The notes beneath the pieces are model-generated. The model made no database searches. It saw only the letters and a list, made by a program, of their open reading frames with translations, and had not been told where the DNA came from. A stretch of DNA of 64,000 bases. Origin: an uncultured delta proteobacterium. GTDB taxonomy: Bacteria > Myxococcota_A > Polyangia > Polyangiales > Polyangiaceae. The stretch covers positions 1,856,001-1,920,000 of the forward strand of contig CAWKKR010000008.1 of assembly GCA_963850305.1 (NCBI GenBank). Reading direction: 5' to 3'. The first letter of the stretch is position 1; every line of letters begins with the position of its first letter. The translations under genes and the position numbers were made by a program. Shown in pieces: positions 1-9,847 of this stretch.

Positions 1-365
1 CCATTCACGGGACCTCCCAGCATCGTCGCGATGTCCGGTGCAGGGGAGGGCATCGCGTTCAGCGAAGGCGAGTTCGTTGCCGGGTTCGGGGGCGCGGGTG
101 GAGTGACCGCGGTTGGGGCGATGGTCGGCGACGGGGTCGTCGTCGCGGCGGCAGAAGCGTCTCTTCTGCGCTCGGTGTCGAGTGCCCGAAAGGCCTTGGC
201 GAGCGCGTCGTTCATCGTTGCGGAACCCGCGGAAGTGAGCTCGGGAGACCGGGTGAACACTACCGGCGCATCCTTCGGGACATCGAACAGAGACATGGTC
301 AATCCGACGATCGCGGTGGAGATTGCACCGAATGGAAGAACGGAGCCCGATAGAAAATGTCCCAC
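1..365 (-). CDS. Hypothetical protein, 5' part (runs off left edge); hydrophobic N-terminus then Ala/Pro/Thr-rich linker
   Basis: Manually translated open frame from GTG at 365 (GGAGG RBS just upstream): VGHFLSGSVLPFGAISTAIVGLTMSLFDVPK...TTPSPTIAPTAVTPPAPPNP; no stop before position 1. Confidence 0.5.
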   Translation of the reverse strand, partial: MGHFLSGSVLPFGAISTAIVGLTMSLFDVPKDAPVVFTRSPELTSAGSATMNDALAKAFRALDTERRRDASAAATTTPSPTIAPTAVTPPAPPNPATNSPSLNAMPSPAPDIATMLGGPVN

Positions 366-539
366 GAACGCCTCCTCGTCGCCGCCGGCATGCAGGCCAA
401 TTGGCGACTATATCACACGGCCTTCGAGGCCTCGATCGAAGCCGCGCGCCAGCGCAGGGACCGGCCTTGGAACCGGTGTAGGGGAAGTGCTGCTCTTGTC
501 GCGCGGCGGCCTCACTGCTAACCCGCCCACCACCAGCTG

Positions 540-1187
540 ATGCTTCACACGCTCCTCGACGTGGTTCTGCATCTGGATCTGCACCTCGCGGCCTGGTCCG
601 CGTCGCTCGGGTCCGCGATTTACCTGCTCCTGTTCGGTATCGTCTTTTGCGAAACGGGGCTCGTTGCTACGCCGTTTCTTCCGGGAGATTCGCTCCTGTT
701 CGCCGTGGGGGCGCTCGCCGCGGTCCCCGGCTCGGGCGTCAGTGTCGCCGTCGCGTTGCCGTTGCTCGCGTTTGCCGCCGTCGCCGGGGATGCCGCGAAT
801 TACAAGCTGGGTCAGGTTTTCGGGGAGCGCGCGTTCAGGGGTGATTTCAGGTTCGTCAATCGGCGCCACCTCGAACGTGCACGAGATTTCTACGACCACT
901 ATGGAGGTCGAGCCATTCTCTTCGCGCGTTTCGCGCCGATCCTGCGGACCTTTGCGCCCTTCGTGGCTGGTCTGGGCAAGATGTCTTACGGCCGCTTCGC
1001 CCGTTACAACATCGGAGGCGGCGTCCTCTGGGTATCGTTGTTTTGCGGTGCGGGTTACGTCTTCGGAAATATTCCGGCAGTGAAGCGGAGCTTCCACCTG
1101 GTGATCATCGCCATCGTCGTGGTTTCGATCATACCTGCGGTCGTCGAAGCCCTCCGGGCTCGCTCAGCGCCCGACGGCGCGGAGTGA
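540..1187 (+). CDS. dedA: DedA family membrane protein
   Basis: Motifs FCETGLVATPFLPGDSLLF, GD..NY.LG, ARFAPILRTFAPFVAG. Confidence 0.95.
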   Translation: MLHTLLDVVLHLDLHLAAWSASLGSAIYLLLFGIVFCETGLVATPFLPGDSLLFAVGALAAVPGSGVSVAVALPLLAFAAVAGDAANYKLGQVFGERAFRGDFRFVNRRHLERARDFYDHYGGRAILFARFAPILRTFAPFVAGLGKMSYGRFARYNIGGGVLWVSLFCGAGYVFGNIPAVKRSFHLVIIAIVVVSIIPAVVEALRARSAPDGAE

Positions 1188-1188
1188 G

Positions 1189-3134
1189 ATGTCGGAATCT
1201 GCGCGTGCTTCCGGTCTGGCCACCACGTCGCAGCGAGCCCCGGTCATGGAGTCCGAGTCGGCCGAGCACGGTATTCCGCACGGGAAGCAGTTGCTCACGC
1301 TTTCGGTGGGGGCCCTCGGTGTGGTCTTCGGTGACATCGGGACGAGCCCTCTTTACAGCGTTCGCGAATGTCTTCATGGCGAGCACGGGATCGGGGTCTT
1401 CCCCGACACGGTGCTCGGCGTGCTGTCGCTCATCTTCTGGGCGCTGACGCTCATCATCTCGATAAAATACGTCTGGTACATCCTTCGAGCGGACAACCAG
1501 GGCGAGGGCGGCATCCTCGCGCTGATGGCACTGGTCACGAACGTGCCCGGGCTGAAGAAGCGCACGATGAAGCTCGTCGTCATGCTCGGCCTCTTCGGCG
1601 CGGCCTTGCTCTTCGGCGACGGCGTGATCACTCCGGCCATCTCCGTATTGAGCGCCGTCGAGGGGCTCGAGGTCGCGACACCCAAGTTCGCGCCGTACGT
1701 CGTCCCGCTCTCGATCCTGATCCTGATTGCGCTGTTTCGCGTGCAGAAGCGGGGAACCGGCGACGTAGGCGCCATTTTTGGCCCGGTGATGGCTCTCTGG
1801 TTTCTCGCCATCGGCACGATCGGCATCGGTCAGATCATTCACAATCCGTCCGTCCTCGCGGCGATGAACCCGGTGCACGCCATTTCGTTTCTGGTCCGCC
1901 ACGGAGAAAGGGGGTTCCTGGTCCTCGGCTCGGTGTTCCTGGCCGTGACTGGCGGCGAGGCGCTCTACGCGGACATGGGTCACTTCGGGGCGCGACCGAT
2001 GCGCGTCAGCTGGTTCGGTGTCGCGTTGCCCGCTCTCCTTTTGAACTACTTCGGGCAAGGAGCGCTCCTCCTCCACGACCCGGCGACGGTCGAGAATCCA
2101 TTTTTCGAATGGCGCCCTCGTGGGGCCTTTACCCGCTCGTGGTCCTCTCGACGATCGCAACGGTCATCGCGTCCCAGGCGCTCATCTCCGGCGCTTTCTC
2201 GCTGGCTCGTCAAGCGCTCATGCTCGGTTATCTGCCTCGCGTCAGCGTCGAGCACACCTCCGATAAGCACATCGGACAGATCTACGTTCCGACCATCAAT
2301 TGGTTGCTCATGCTGACGACCGTCGCCCTCGTGTTCGGCTTCAAGTCGTCCAGCGCCCTTGCCGCGGCGTACGGCGTGGCCGTCACGTTGAACATGATCA
2401 TCACGACGCTCCTCGCGTACGTGGTCGCGCGGCGACGGTGGAACTGGGGGTTCGCGTCGGCGATGGGCGTCACCATCGCCTTCTTGATTCCGGAGGCGAC
2501 CTTCGCGAGCTCGAACCTCACGAAGATCGTCGACGGCGGATGGTTCCCACTCGCGGTCGGAGTCCTCCTCTTCACCGTCTTCACGACCTGGCATCGCGGT
2601 CGCGAACTCCTGAACGATCGGTTTCGCGACCGCGTCGTCCCCCTGGACGACTTCTTCGAGCTCATGAGGCTCGAGCTTCCCGCGCGCGTGCCAGGAACGG
2701 CCGTCTTCATGACGGGAAGCTCGGACGGCACGCCGCCGGCCTTGCTCCACAATTTTCTCCATAACCGGGTCGTGCACGAACACGTCGTTCTTCTGACGGT
2801 CATCACCGAGAAGGTCGCTCGCGTGGCAGCTCAAGACCGCGTGCGCGTGGAGGATCTGACGAACGGGTTTCGGCGCGCGGTGGCTCGGTACGGCTTCATG
2901 GAGGCCCCGGACATTCCGACGCTGCTCGAACGTCCGGAGCTGAAGGAATATTCAATCGAGTACGTCACGTTCTTTCTCGGTCGCGAGACCGTGCTCGCCA
3001 CGCGGCATTTTTCCATGTCTCTCTGGCGTGAGCGGCTGTTCGCGTTCCTGTCTCGCAATGCACAGCCCGCGACGGCATTCTTCGGCATCCCGCCGAGCCG
3101 CGTCGTGGAAATCGGCGCGCAGATCGAGCTCTGA
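1189..3134 (+). CDS. kup: Kup potassium uptake transporter, split by a 1-nt deletion near 2101-2110 (probably a sequencing error)
   Basis: GVVFGDIGTSPLY, RADNQGEGG, GDGVITPAISVLSAVEG, TGGEALYADMGHFG in ORF 1189..2316; continues in frame of 1368..3134 (IASQALISGAFS, GQIYVP, YGFME, RVVEIGAQIEL). Confidence 0.93.
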
Positions 3135-3378
3135 TGTCTCGGGACGCCGGCCACGGCGGGGCGGGTTCGCGGTTCCGGGAACTTCCCGCGAGCGTCGCTG
3201 TCTATCCCTGACGAGAGCGATCACGAGCCACAGTCGGCACTCTCGTCCGGTACCGACACGCCGCGATCGAACTCGCTGACTCGAGCTTTCGGGGTGAATG
3301 CGCGCTCCGCTCGTTCGGTCCGCACCCGTGAAACGTTCGTTCGCGATCGGGAACGTGTTCCCCGAAGAGGAGAGCCCC

Positions 3379-4809
3379 ATGTTCGACTCCGTCCAGCCTG
3401 CCCTTGTCCCGAGTTCAGTAAATCCGTCCAGTTACATGGTCGGAAGCAGCCGTGGCGATGCCGTCGAGGTACGGATTTTCTGGGAAGACACCCTCCTCGA
3501 CGTCGTCGAACTTTCGCCCCCGCGGTCCTTTTACGTCGGCGACGGCGCGCAAACGAAGCGGCCCGTGGACTTCACGGTGCCCGACGTGGAGTCCACGCCG
3601 CTCCTCGTCGCCGACCGCGGGGACATGGCCGTGCACGTCCCGTCCGGCGGAGTGGCCACGGTCCGGAGTCACACCGGAGAACACGCCGATCTGACGCTGA
3701 AGGCCGGCGAGGTTGTCTCGCTCCGCGACCGTTCGGCGCGGATCCGGATCGGCGCGCTCACGTTTGCCGTGAACCTCGGCGCACGCGAAGACCGTTTGCC
3801 CCGCGCGCCGCTCGCGGACGGGGAGGGTCGCCCGCTGGCCTTTTTTGCCCTGACCGTGGGTCTGGGGGCCGCCTTCATCGCATCGATGGCGTTCTTCACG
3901 CCGCCGCTGGGCCTGACGGACGATGAGGGGCTCGACCGCGATCGCGTGTACCTGATGCAACAGTATCTGGACGCTTCTGCGGAGCGCGAGCGCGAACAGC
4001 AGCCGTCGCTGACCCCCAGCGATACGGGCGGCGCGGCCGACGCGCCTGCGGAGAAGGCGCGTGGCGACTCCGGAAAGATCGGCCGTCGCGATGTCGTTGC
4101 CCAGAACAGGCGCGCGAGCGGAACCGAGCCCGGCGCCGAGTTTCGCCCTGCGACGTCGCGCGCCGAAGCTCTCGCGGCGGCCTCGAACTTCGGTGTCATC
4201 GGGCTTCTGTCATCGGGCGCCGCGAGTGCGACGGTCGCCCCATGGGACGACCCCGGCGTCGGCGCGATCGCGACGGAGGGTGGCTTCTTCGGTACCGAAG
4301 CGGGCGACGTCTCGGGAACGAATGGTCTCGGCCTCTTCGGGATCGGAGAAGGTGGAGGAGGTCCGTCGAACCAGATCGGGCTCTCGTCGATCGGGACGTG
4401 TCGCGGAGGCGGATGCACGGCGGGATTGAGCTTCGGGATCGGTTCGAGCCGTACGGGACCGGAGCACATTGCGCGCGCGCCGCGCGTGAGGATCGGCAAC
4501 ACGTTCGCGTCCGGGGGATCGATTCCGGCCGACGTCATTCAGCGGATCGTGCGACAGAGTTTCGGCAGGTTCCGCGGCTGCTACGAGGATGGGTTGCGCA
4601 CGAATCCGACGCTCGAAGGCCGTGTGACGGCGCGTTTCGTCATCGCGCGCGACGGTTCCGTTGCCACCGTGCAATCGGGCGGCTCGGATCTACCCGACCC
4701 GCGCGTCGTGGCGTGCGTACTGCGCGCCTACTCGTCCCTGACGTTTCCGTCGCCCAAGGACGGCATTGTCACCGTGACGTATCCGCTGTCGTTCTCGCCC
4801 GCGGCGTGA
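3379..4809 (+). CDS. AgmX/PglI C-terminal (TonB-C-like) domain membrane protein
   Basis: ATG 3379 with GAGGAG RBS; single TM, Gly-rich linker, C-terminal IQRIVRQSFGRFRGCYE.GL...P.LEGRV...F.I...G.V ... FPSP..G.V.V.YP..F. Confidence 0.85.
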   Translation: MFDSVQPALVPSSVNPSSYMVGSSRGDAVEVRIFWEDTLLDVVELSPPRSFYVGDGAQTKRPVDFTVPDVESTPLLVADRGDMAVHVPSGGVATVRSHTGEHADLTLKAGEVVSLRDRSARIRIGALTFAVNLGAREDRLPRAPLADGEGRPLAFFALTVGLGAAFIASMAFFTPPLGLTDDEGLDRDRVYLMQQYLDASAEREREQQPSLTPSDTGGAADAPAEKARGDSGKIGRRDVVAQNRRASGTEPGAEFRPATSRAEALAAASNFGVIGLLSSGAASATVAPWDDPGVGAIATEGGFFGTEAGDVSGTNGLGLFGIGEGGGGPSNQIGLSSIGTCRGGGCTAGLSFGIGSSRTGPEHIARAPRVRIGNTFASGGSIPADVIQRIVRQSFGRFRGCYEDGLRTNPTLEGRVTARFVIARDGSVATVQSGGSDLPDPRVVACVLRAYSSLTFPSPKDGIVTVTYPLSFSPAA

Positions 4810-4901
4810 AAGTGGACCGAGCTCGCGTCTCGAGTCGCGACGAGCGGCGGGTGAAGGGGTCGAGCGAGAGGCGAAGCGGACCGCCCCGCGAGACCGGCGC
4901 G

Positions 4902-4921
4902 GGGAACGAATCGTTCCCTTT
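4902..4921 (+). terminator. Palindrome GGGAACGA-A-TCGTTCCC followed by TTT between convergent genes; possible terminator
   Basis: 8-bp inverted repeat; second hairpin GCGCGACGA-GT-TCGTCGCGC at 4935-4954. Confidence 0.35.
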
Positions 4922-4965
4922 CCGGCCTCCCGGAGCGCGACGAGTTCGTCGCGCGCGCGAAGACG

Positions 4966-6435
4966 TCAATGCTCGCCACTCGCGAGCTTTCCGTCGGGCG
5001 CTGGCGCGACGGCTCCGTCGGGTAGTGGCGGCAAAGCCTGGTCACAATCGAGTCCGGGTGCGACCCAGAACAGCTCCGGCGTCGGGGGATAGCGATCGAC
5101 GGAAACGGTCACGTGGCTCTTCCCGTCCGGTGTCACCGTGCGGCGCGTGACGCGCACTTCGAAGCCTCGGATGCCCTTTTGCTTCCGCAAGAAGCGGCCC
5201 TCCGCGAGCTCCGGGTGGATTTCGATCTTCCGCGTGAACGGTTCCACCCGGAGTGTCTCTCGGGACAGGAGCACGGTCGCCGGTTTCCGCTCGCCGAGCA
5301 GCTGCACGCGGACGATGCCGGGACTCACGAGCGTGTGAATCGCGATCGGAAATGGCCACGGATTGCGGAGCTTCAGGTCCACCTCGGGATAGACGACCGT
5401 GGAGTCGAGGCCGAGCGGGATGTACCCGAGGGGACGCGAATGGGGCGACCGATCGACGATGTCCAGGCCCGCATAGACCGCCGCAGCGTGCAGGGTGCTC
5501 GCCATTTGACACGTACCGCCGCCGACGCCCTCCATCATCTCTCCCTTGTAGATCTCGAACGCCGGATGAAAACCGTTCGCGACCGTTCGCGGCCCGACGA
5601 CGGCGTTGAAGCTGACGACGTCCCCGGGAACGAGAACCGCGCCGTCCAGGTGCGACGCGGCGGCCTGGATGTTCGCAGCGCGTGACGCGTCCTTGCCGAG
5701 CCAGCCGAACGACGTCGAGTACTCTGCGATTGTCTCTCGGGGGTTCAAGGAGGCGATGGCATGTGCCGACGCGACGGGCGCAACCGCCGCGCGTGGCAGC
5801 TCGATGGTGATGTCCGGCGCAGGCGCGGACGCGGCGCGTCGCGCGGCATCGCCGATGGCGGCGATCGCCCGGTCCACGTCGAGCACCGCCCCGGCACGCC
5901 CGGGAAGGATCCGCCGGTTCGCGAAGTCGTACCGGGCAGGGAGCGGGCGCGAATCGGAGTCGTCCTTGAGCGGCAACAGCACCGCCTCGGTGCGGGCAGA
6001 GTCGATGGTGACGTCGATCGGGACGTCGATGTCACCGCGCGCCGCGGCGAGGCGTTCCGCGAAGCGAACGGCCGCGGTTCCGCGCCTGCCCAGCGTTTCC
6101 GCGCGCCGTACGACGCCGGCGACGTCGACCTCGACTCCGAGCGCGCCGAACGTCGTTTCGAGGCCGCTCGCCGCGCCGGCAGGGATGAGCCGTACGTGCA
6201 TGCCGCGAATCGCCGCAGTGCGCTGCAAGACGACGTCTCGCGGCGTCTCGTTGCCGTCCAATCGAACCCCTCCCACGCGAAGTCCGACGACGCGCGAGCT
6301 CGGGTCGAACGTCGCCGCCCGCAGGATGGAGAGCGTCCCTCCGTGTTCGACAGCCACGCTCGCGCCGGCCGATATGGCGCCGGCAAGGATCGTCACCGCG
6401 GCGAGTCGCGTCGTGGAGCGCACCACCTTTCCCAT
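4966..6435 (-). CDS. VanW family protein (PG-binding-4 / VanW / G5-like)
   Basis: RAANI..AA..LDG.VL.PG...SFN..VGPRT...GF, GVGGGTCQMASTLHAAA, R.PHS....Y.P.GLDSTV, DLKLRN; start taken at ATG (MGKVV). Confidence 0.9.
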   Translation of the reverse strand: MGKVVRSTTRLAAVTILAGAISAGASVAVEHGGTLSILRAATFDPSSRVVGLRVGGVRLDGNETPRDVVLQRTAAIRGMHVRLIPAGAASGLETTFGALGVEVDVAGVVRRAETLGRRGTAAVRFAERLAAARGDIDVPIDVTIDSARTEAVLLPLKDDSDSRPLPARYDFANRRILPGRAGAVLDVDRAIAAIGDAARRAASAPAPDITIELPRAAVAPVASAHAIASLNPRETIAEYSTSFGWLGKDASRAANIQAAASHLDGAVLVPGDVVSFNAVVGPRTVANGFHPAFEIYKGEMMEGVGGGTCQMASTLHAAAVYAGLDIVDRSPHSRPLGYIPLGLDSTVVYPEVDLKLRNPWPFPIAIHTLVSPGIVRVQLLGERKPATVLLSRETLRVEPFTRKIEIHPELAEGRFLRKQKGIRGFEVRVTRRTVTPDGKSHVTVSVDRYPPTPELFWVAPGLDCDQALPPLPDGAVAPAPDGKLASGEH

Positions 6436-6549
6436 TATCCGCCGGACTTCGCTTCGCCGCCCGCCCCGTTCGCCAGGGGAGCGCGGGGAGCAGGGAGCCA
6501 CTCCTTTCTCCGTTTCGGGGTTCTCGTGTTATGAGCGCCGAGAGTCTCG

Positions 6550-7431
6550 GTGGCCCGCGTCGCCCGCAGCCTGAAAGTAACGGTTCCCAAGCCCGGGCAG
6601 GATAAGCCGGAGCTCGGGCGCGTGGGCGTCATTGCCGTCGCCGGGTTCGTCATCGGTGTTGCCTGGCCGTGGTTGGCCGGCGTTCGGCTCGTTCCGAGCC
6701 CCCCGAGTGACGAGACCGCGGAGCCGCTCACATCGCCGGCGGTGCCCTCGGTTGCCTCCGGAGCGCCATCGGGAGCAGCCGCGGCGAGCGCTCCACCAGC
6801 AGCAGCTTCCGCGGCACCCGCGCGCACGACCGAGGAGACGCTGAAGGTGTCGCCGATGCAGGTCAGTGCTTGTCGCGACGGGAAGAAGAAACGAAAAGAC
6901 TGTGATTGCATCGGCGTCGATGACCGAGCACGGGTGCCCCTCCAGGCGCTCGCCGCCTGCGAAGACGCGCGAGGCGCTTCGGAGACGCTTTCCATCGGCA
7001 TGGAGATCGACTTCGGAAAGAAGGCCGTCACCGACGTGTTTCCGGGGAAGAGCACGACCTTTCCGAAGGACAAGGCACACGCGCTCGTCGACTGTGTGAA
7101 GCCGGGACTCGAAGGGCTCTCCCTCGACGGAGTCGATCACGAGCACGATCGGTACACGATCTTCTACTTCGTCGAGTTCGTCCCGCCGGGGACTGCAGTG
7201 ACTGCACCCGCCGTTGCCCCGGAGGAAGCGACCGCTGGCGCGAGTGGGCTCGCGACCGTCGGATGGGACGTTGCGGTCGTTCGAGATCAGCCGGACGACG
7301 GAAAGATCATCGCGCGCATTCGTTACGGAACGCGCGTCGTGGTCACCGCGCGGCGCGGCAAATGGTACGAGGTCAAGTTCGACGGGAAGGGCACCGAGGG
7401 GTGGGTTCACGGGAACGCGCTCGGGCTCTGA
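6550..7431 (+). CDS. Membrane-anchored protein with C-terminal bacterial SH3 domain
   Basis: N-terminal TM, Ala/Pro/Ser linker, C-term VRDQP..GKII.RI..GTRV.V..RRGKWYEV....EGWV. Confidence 0.8.
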   Translation: MARVARSLKVTVPKPGQDKPELGRVGVIAVAGFVIGVAWPWLAGVRLVPSPPSDETAEPLTSPAVPSVASGAPSGAAAASAPPAAASAAPARTTEETLKVSPMQVSACRDGKKKRKDCDCIGVDDRARVPLQALAACEDARGASETLSIGMEIDFGKKAVTDVFPGKSTTFPKDKAHALVDCVKPGLEGLSLDGVDHEHDRYTIFYFVEFVPPGTAVTAPAVAPEEATAGASGLATVGWDVAVVRDQPDDGKIIARIRYGTRVVVTARRGKWYEVKFDGKGTEGWVHGNALGL

Positions 7432-7477
7432 GTCAGCGCGCCGAGCTCTCCCGGCGGCGATGTGATATGAAGAAGCC

Positions 7478-7852
7478 GTGGCGGCGAAGCCGGTTTCCAG
7501 GCCCAAGGATCTGGTGCTCGTGCACGGGCCCACGTCCGACGGCGGCGGGGTCAACGTCCTCCGCGCACGCAAGCAACGGCTGGAGATTGGCACCATGCGG
7601 CCGCTCGAGCATGGCCGGCCCATCAACGGTGAAGTCGTCAAGCTCACCCCGCGCCCCGAGATGCCCCACCTCTACGACGCCGAGACGGAGTTCACCGCGC
7701 CCTCCCCGACGAACGAGGCCGGCGACCCTGCATCATCGGCCGCTTCCACCGAAGCGTGTGGTAACGCCGGCCCCGCTCAGGTCGCCTCCGACACCTACCG
7801 CAAAAACTGGGACGCAATCTGGAAGCGCACCTCCAAGGGTCTGGCCAATTAG
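7478..7852 (+). CDS. Hypothetical protein
   Basis: Good codon bias; C-terminal GPAQVASDTYRKNWDAIW. Confidence 0.65.
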   Translation: MAAKPVSRPKDLVLVHGPTSDGGGVNVLRARKQRLEIGTMRPLEHGRPINGEVVKLTPRPEMPHLYDAETEFTAPSPTNEAGDPASSAASTEACGNAGPAQVASDTYRKNWDAIWKRTSKGLAN

Positions 7853-7944
7853 CGTCGAATAGACGCGCCCTCGAAGCCAAGGACGACTCGCCGAGTGCAC
7901 CGAGATGGGCGCGCTCGAAGCCAGAGACGACGCACCTCGGTGGC

Positions 7945-9678
7945 CTATTGCAGGCGGACCATGAACGTCTTTGTTTGCCCGGCGGCCACGTTGGCGCTCA
8001 TCACTTTGCGTCCGAGCGAAGGATGGATGAACACGACGGTCTGCGGGCCCGGCTCCACCTGGATCCCAATCTTGGGCGTGGGGCCGAGGGGGCGACCATT
8101 GAGGATCACGTTCGAGACCGGGATCGAGTTCATGTTGAGCACGGCTTTGCCCCGCGACGGTTCCCGTGACGGCGGCGCAGGTGCACGCGAGGAGCGCGTC
8201 GCCGCGAAGGAATGCGACGCGGCGACGGGCGCGCTCGCCGGAGTGGAGGGGCTGCTCGTGTCCGTGTCCGAGCTGCCTTCGACCATCGTGATCTCGAACG
8301 TCTTTTCCGCGACGCCATCCTCGAACGTCACCGCGCGTCGATACGTCGAATAGCCGCTCTTCGTCGCGATCAGCGTGAGCAATTTGCCCGCGGGCACTTC
8401 GATCGTCGCAGGGAGCTCCGGGACGAGCCGGCCGTCGAGCAGGACACGAGCTCCGTCGGCGCCAGGTCCGGCCTTGAAGGTTGCCAGACCCTTCAACACC
8501 TTCAGCTTGAGCGGCCCGATCGTCTCCATCTCACCGTCGTCGAGCGTGACGTGCTGCTCCCACGGCTCGTAGCGATCGTTCCCGGCGACGCGCAGCACGT
8601 GATCCCCGGGCGTCAGATTCTTCGGGTTCTGCGGCAGCTCGCCGAACTCCTGTCCGTCAACGTAGAGAATGAGACCGGAGCCGAGCGCCGAGACCCGCAC
8701 GCCCGTTCCCGAGCCCGCCGCGGCGAGGGAAATATTCTCCGTGCCCTGCTGTCCGGCTTGAACGGAAACGGCCTGGTCCGCCGTTTCCTGATAACCCTTC
8801 GCGGCCGCGTGAACGAGGTGCGCGCCGTTCGCGAGATCCACCACCTTGCACGGCGACGCATCACACCGCTTCGTTCCATCCACGAACACTTGAACGCCGT
8901 CGATCGCACGGCCGCCGGGGCCGCTCACCGTGACCGTGAGTGCACCCGTTCGATTGCCGAGAAGCAGGGCACCCGCCGCGAGTAGCGCGCCGCCGATCGC
9001 GCCGGCGATATAGAGCCGCTTCTTCGAGGGTCGGCCGAACTCCGGCACCGCCGGCGCTGGCGGCAGCGGGCGATCGTTCCGCGGCATCGTCCGATTCGGC
9101 ACGACCGGCGGTGGCGGTGCGGAACCCGAGCCCGGCGAGTAGAGTCGGGTCGGCGCGTCGTCCTCGGGGTCGCCACCGTAGGCGTTCAGCCCCGAGGGCA
9201 CGGGTGCGGCCCTGGGCATCGACGGCGCCGGGCGCGCACTTGGTCGCGGCGGTGGCCGCGATGGCATCGGCGCCGCTGGCGGTACCGGCGGCGTCCCGAG
9301 CGACGGGCGCGGCGTCGCGATGGGCGGCGCGGGTGCTGGCGCGCTGGCTGGCGGCATCGGAAGAATCGCGGGGGGTGGCGCCATCCGCATGCTGGGCGGC
9401 GGGGGCGTGCCTCCGCTCGGCGGTGCCGCGCGGAGGCTGGAGGGTGCAGGCGGTGGTGCCACGCTCGGACGCGCGACAGGAGCAGAGAGCGAAGCGAGGC
9501 TCGGCGGCGGCATGGGTGCGCTCGGAGCCGGACCGCGACTCAAGCTCGGTGGCGGTGGCGGTGCCTTGGAGCCCGGCCCGCGCGAGATGACCCCTGACTC
9601 GGAAGGGCTCGGCGACTCTTTCTTTTTCGCGAGCGAGTCGAAGATATCGAGTCCAGAACCCTTCTTGTCGGCGGCCAT
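7945..9678 (-). CDS. PEGA domain protein with Pro-rich cytoplasmic N-terminus
   Basis: Start MAADKK; poly-Pro region, TM, repeated V.VDG..../G.H.V PEGA-like units; C-term NSIP.SNV.LNGRPLG.TP. Confidence 0.8.
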   Translation of the reverse strand: MAADKKGSGLDIFDSLAKKKESPSPSESGVISRGPGSKAPPPPPSLSRGPAPSAPMPPPSLASLSAPVARPSVAPPPAPSSLRAAPPSGGTPPPPSMRMAPPPAILPMPPASAPAPAPPIATPRPSLGTPPVPPAAPMPSRPPPRPSARPAPSMPRAAPVPSGLNAYGGDPEDDAPTRLYSPGSGSAPPPPVVPNRTMPRNDRPLPPAPAVPEFGRPSKKRLYIAGAIGGALLAAGALLLGNRTGALTVTVSGPGGRAIDGVQVFVDGTKRCDASPCKVVDLANGAHLVHAAAKGYQETADQAVSVQAGQQGTENISLAAAGSGTGVRVSALGSGLILYVDGQEFGELPQNPKNLTPGDHVLRVAGNDRYEPWEQHVTLDDGEMETIGPLKLKVLKGLATFKAGPGADGARVLLDGRLVPELPATIEVPAGKLLTLIATKSGYSTYRRAVTFEDGVAEKTFEITMVEGSSDTDTSSPSTPASAPVAASHSFAATRSSRAPAPPSREPSRGKAVLNMNSIPVSNVILNGRPLGPTPKIGIQVEPGPQTVVFIHPSLGRKVMSANVAAGQTKTFMVRLQ

Positions 9679-9847
9679 ATTGGGAAAGCGCAATGTAGCT
9701 CTCTCACCGTCGAGGTTCCATCGAGTTGCGCAGGGTACGGACGGCATCCGAACGCAACGGCGCGACTACGCCGCACGGCGTCAAACCGGCGCAGTGCTTG
9801 GCCAACACGAACCCGATTGGTTGCGCGATCGAACCCGCGGCAACCCT

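Noticed and set aside
4966..6435. Vancomycin resistance locus
   Set aside because: VanW-domain proteins are widespread; no vanHAX/vanRS nearby
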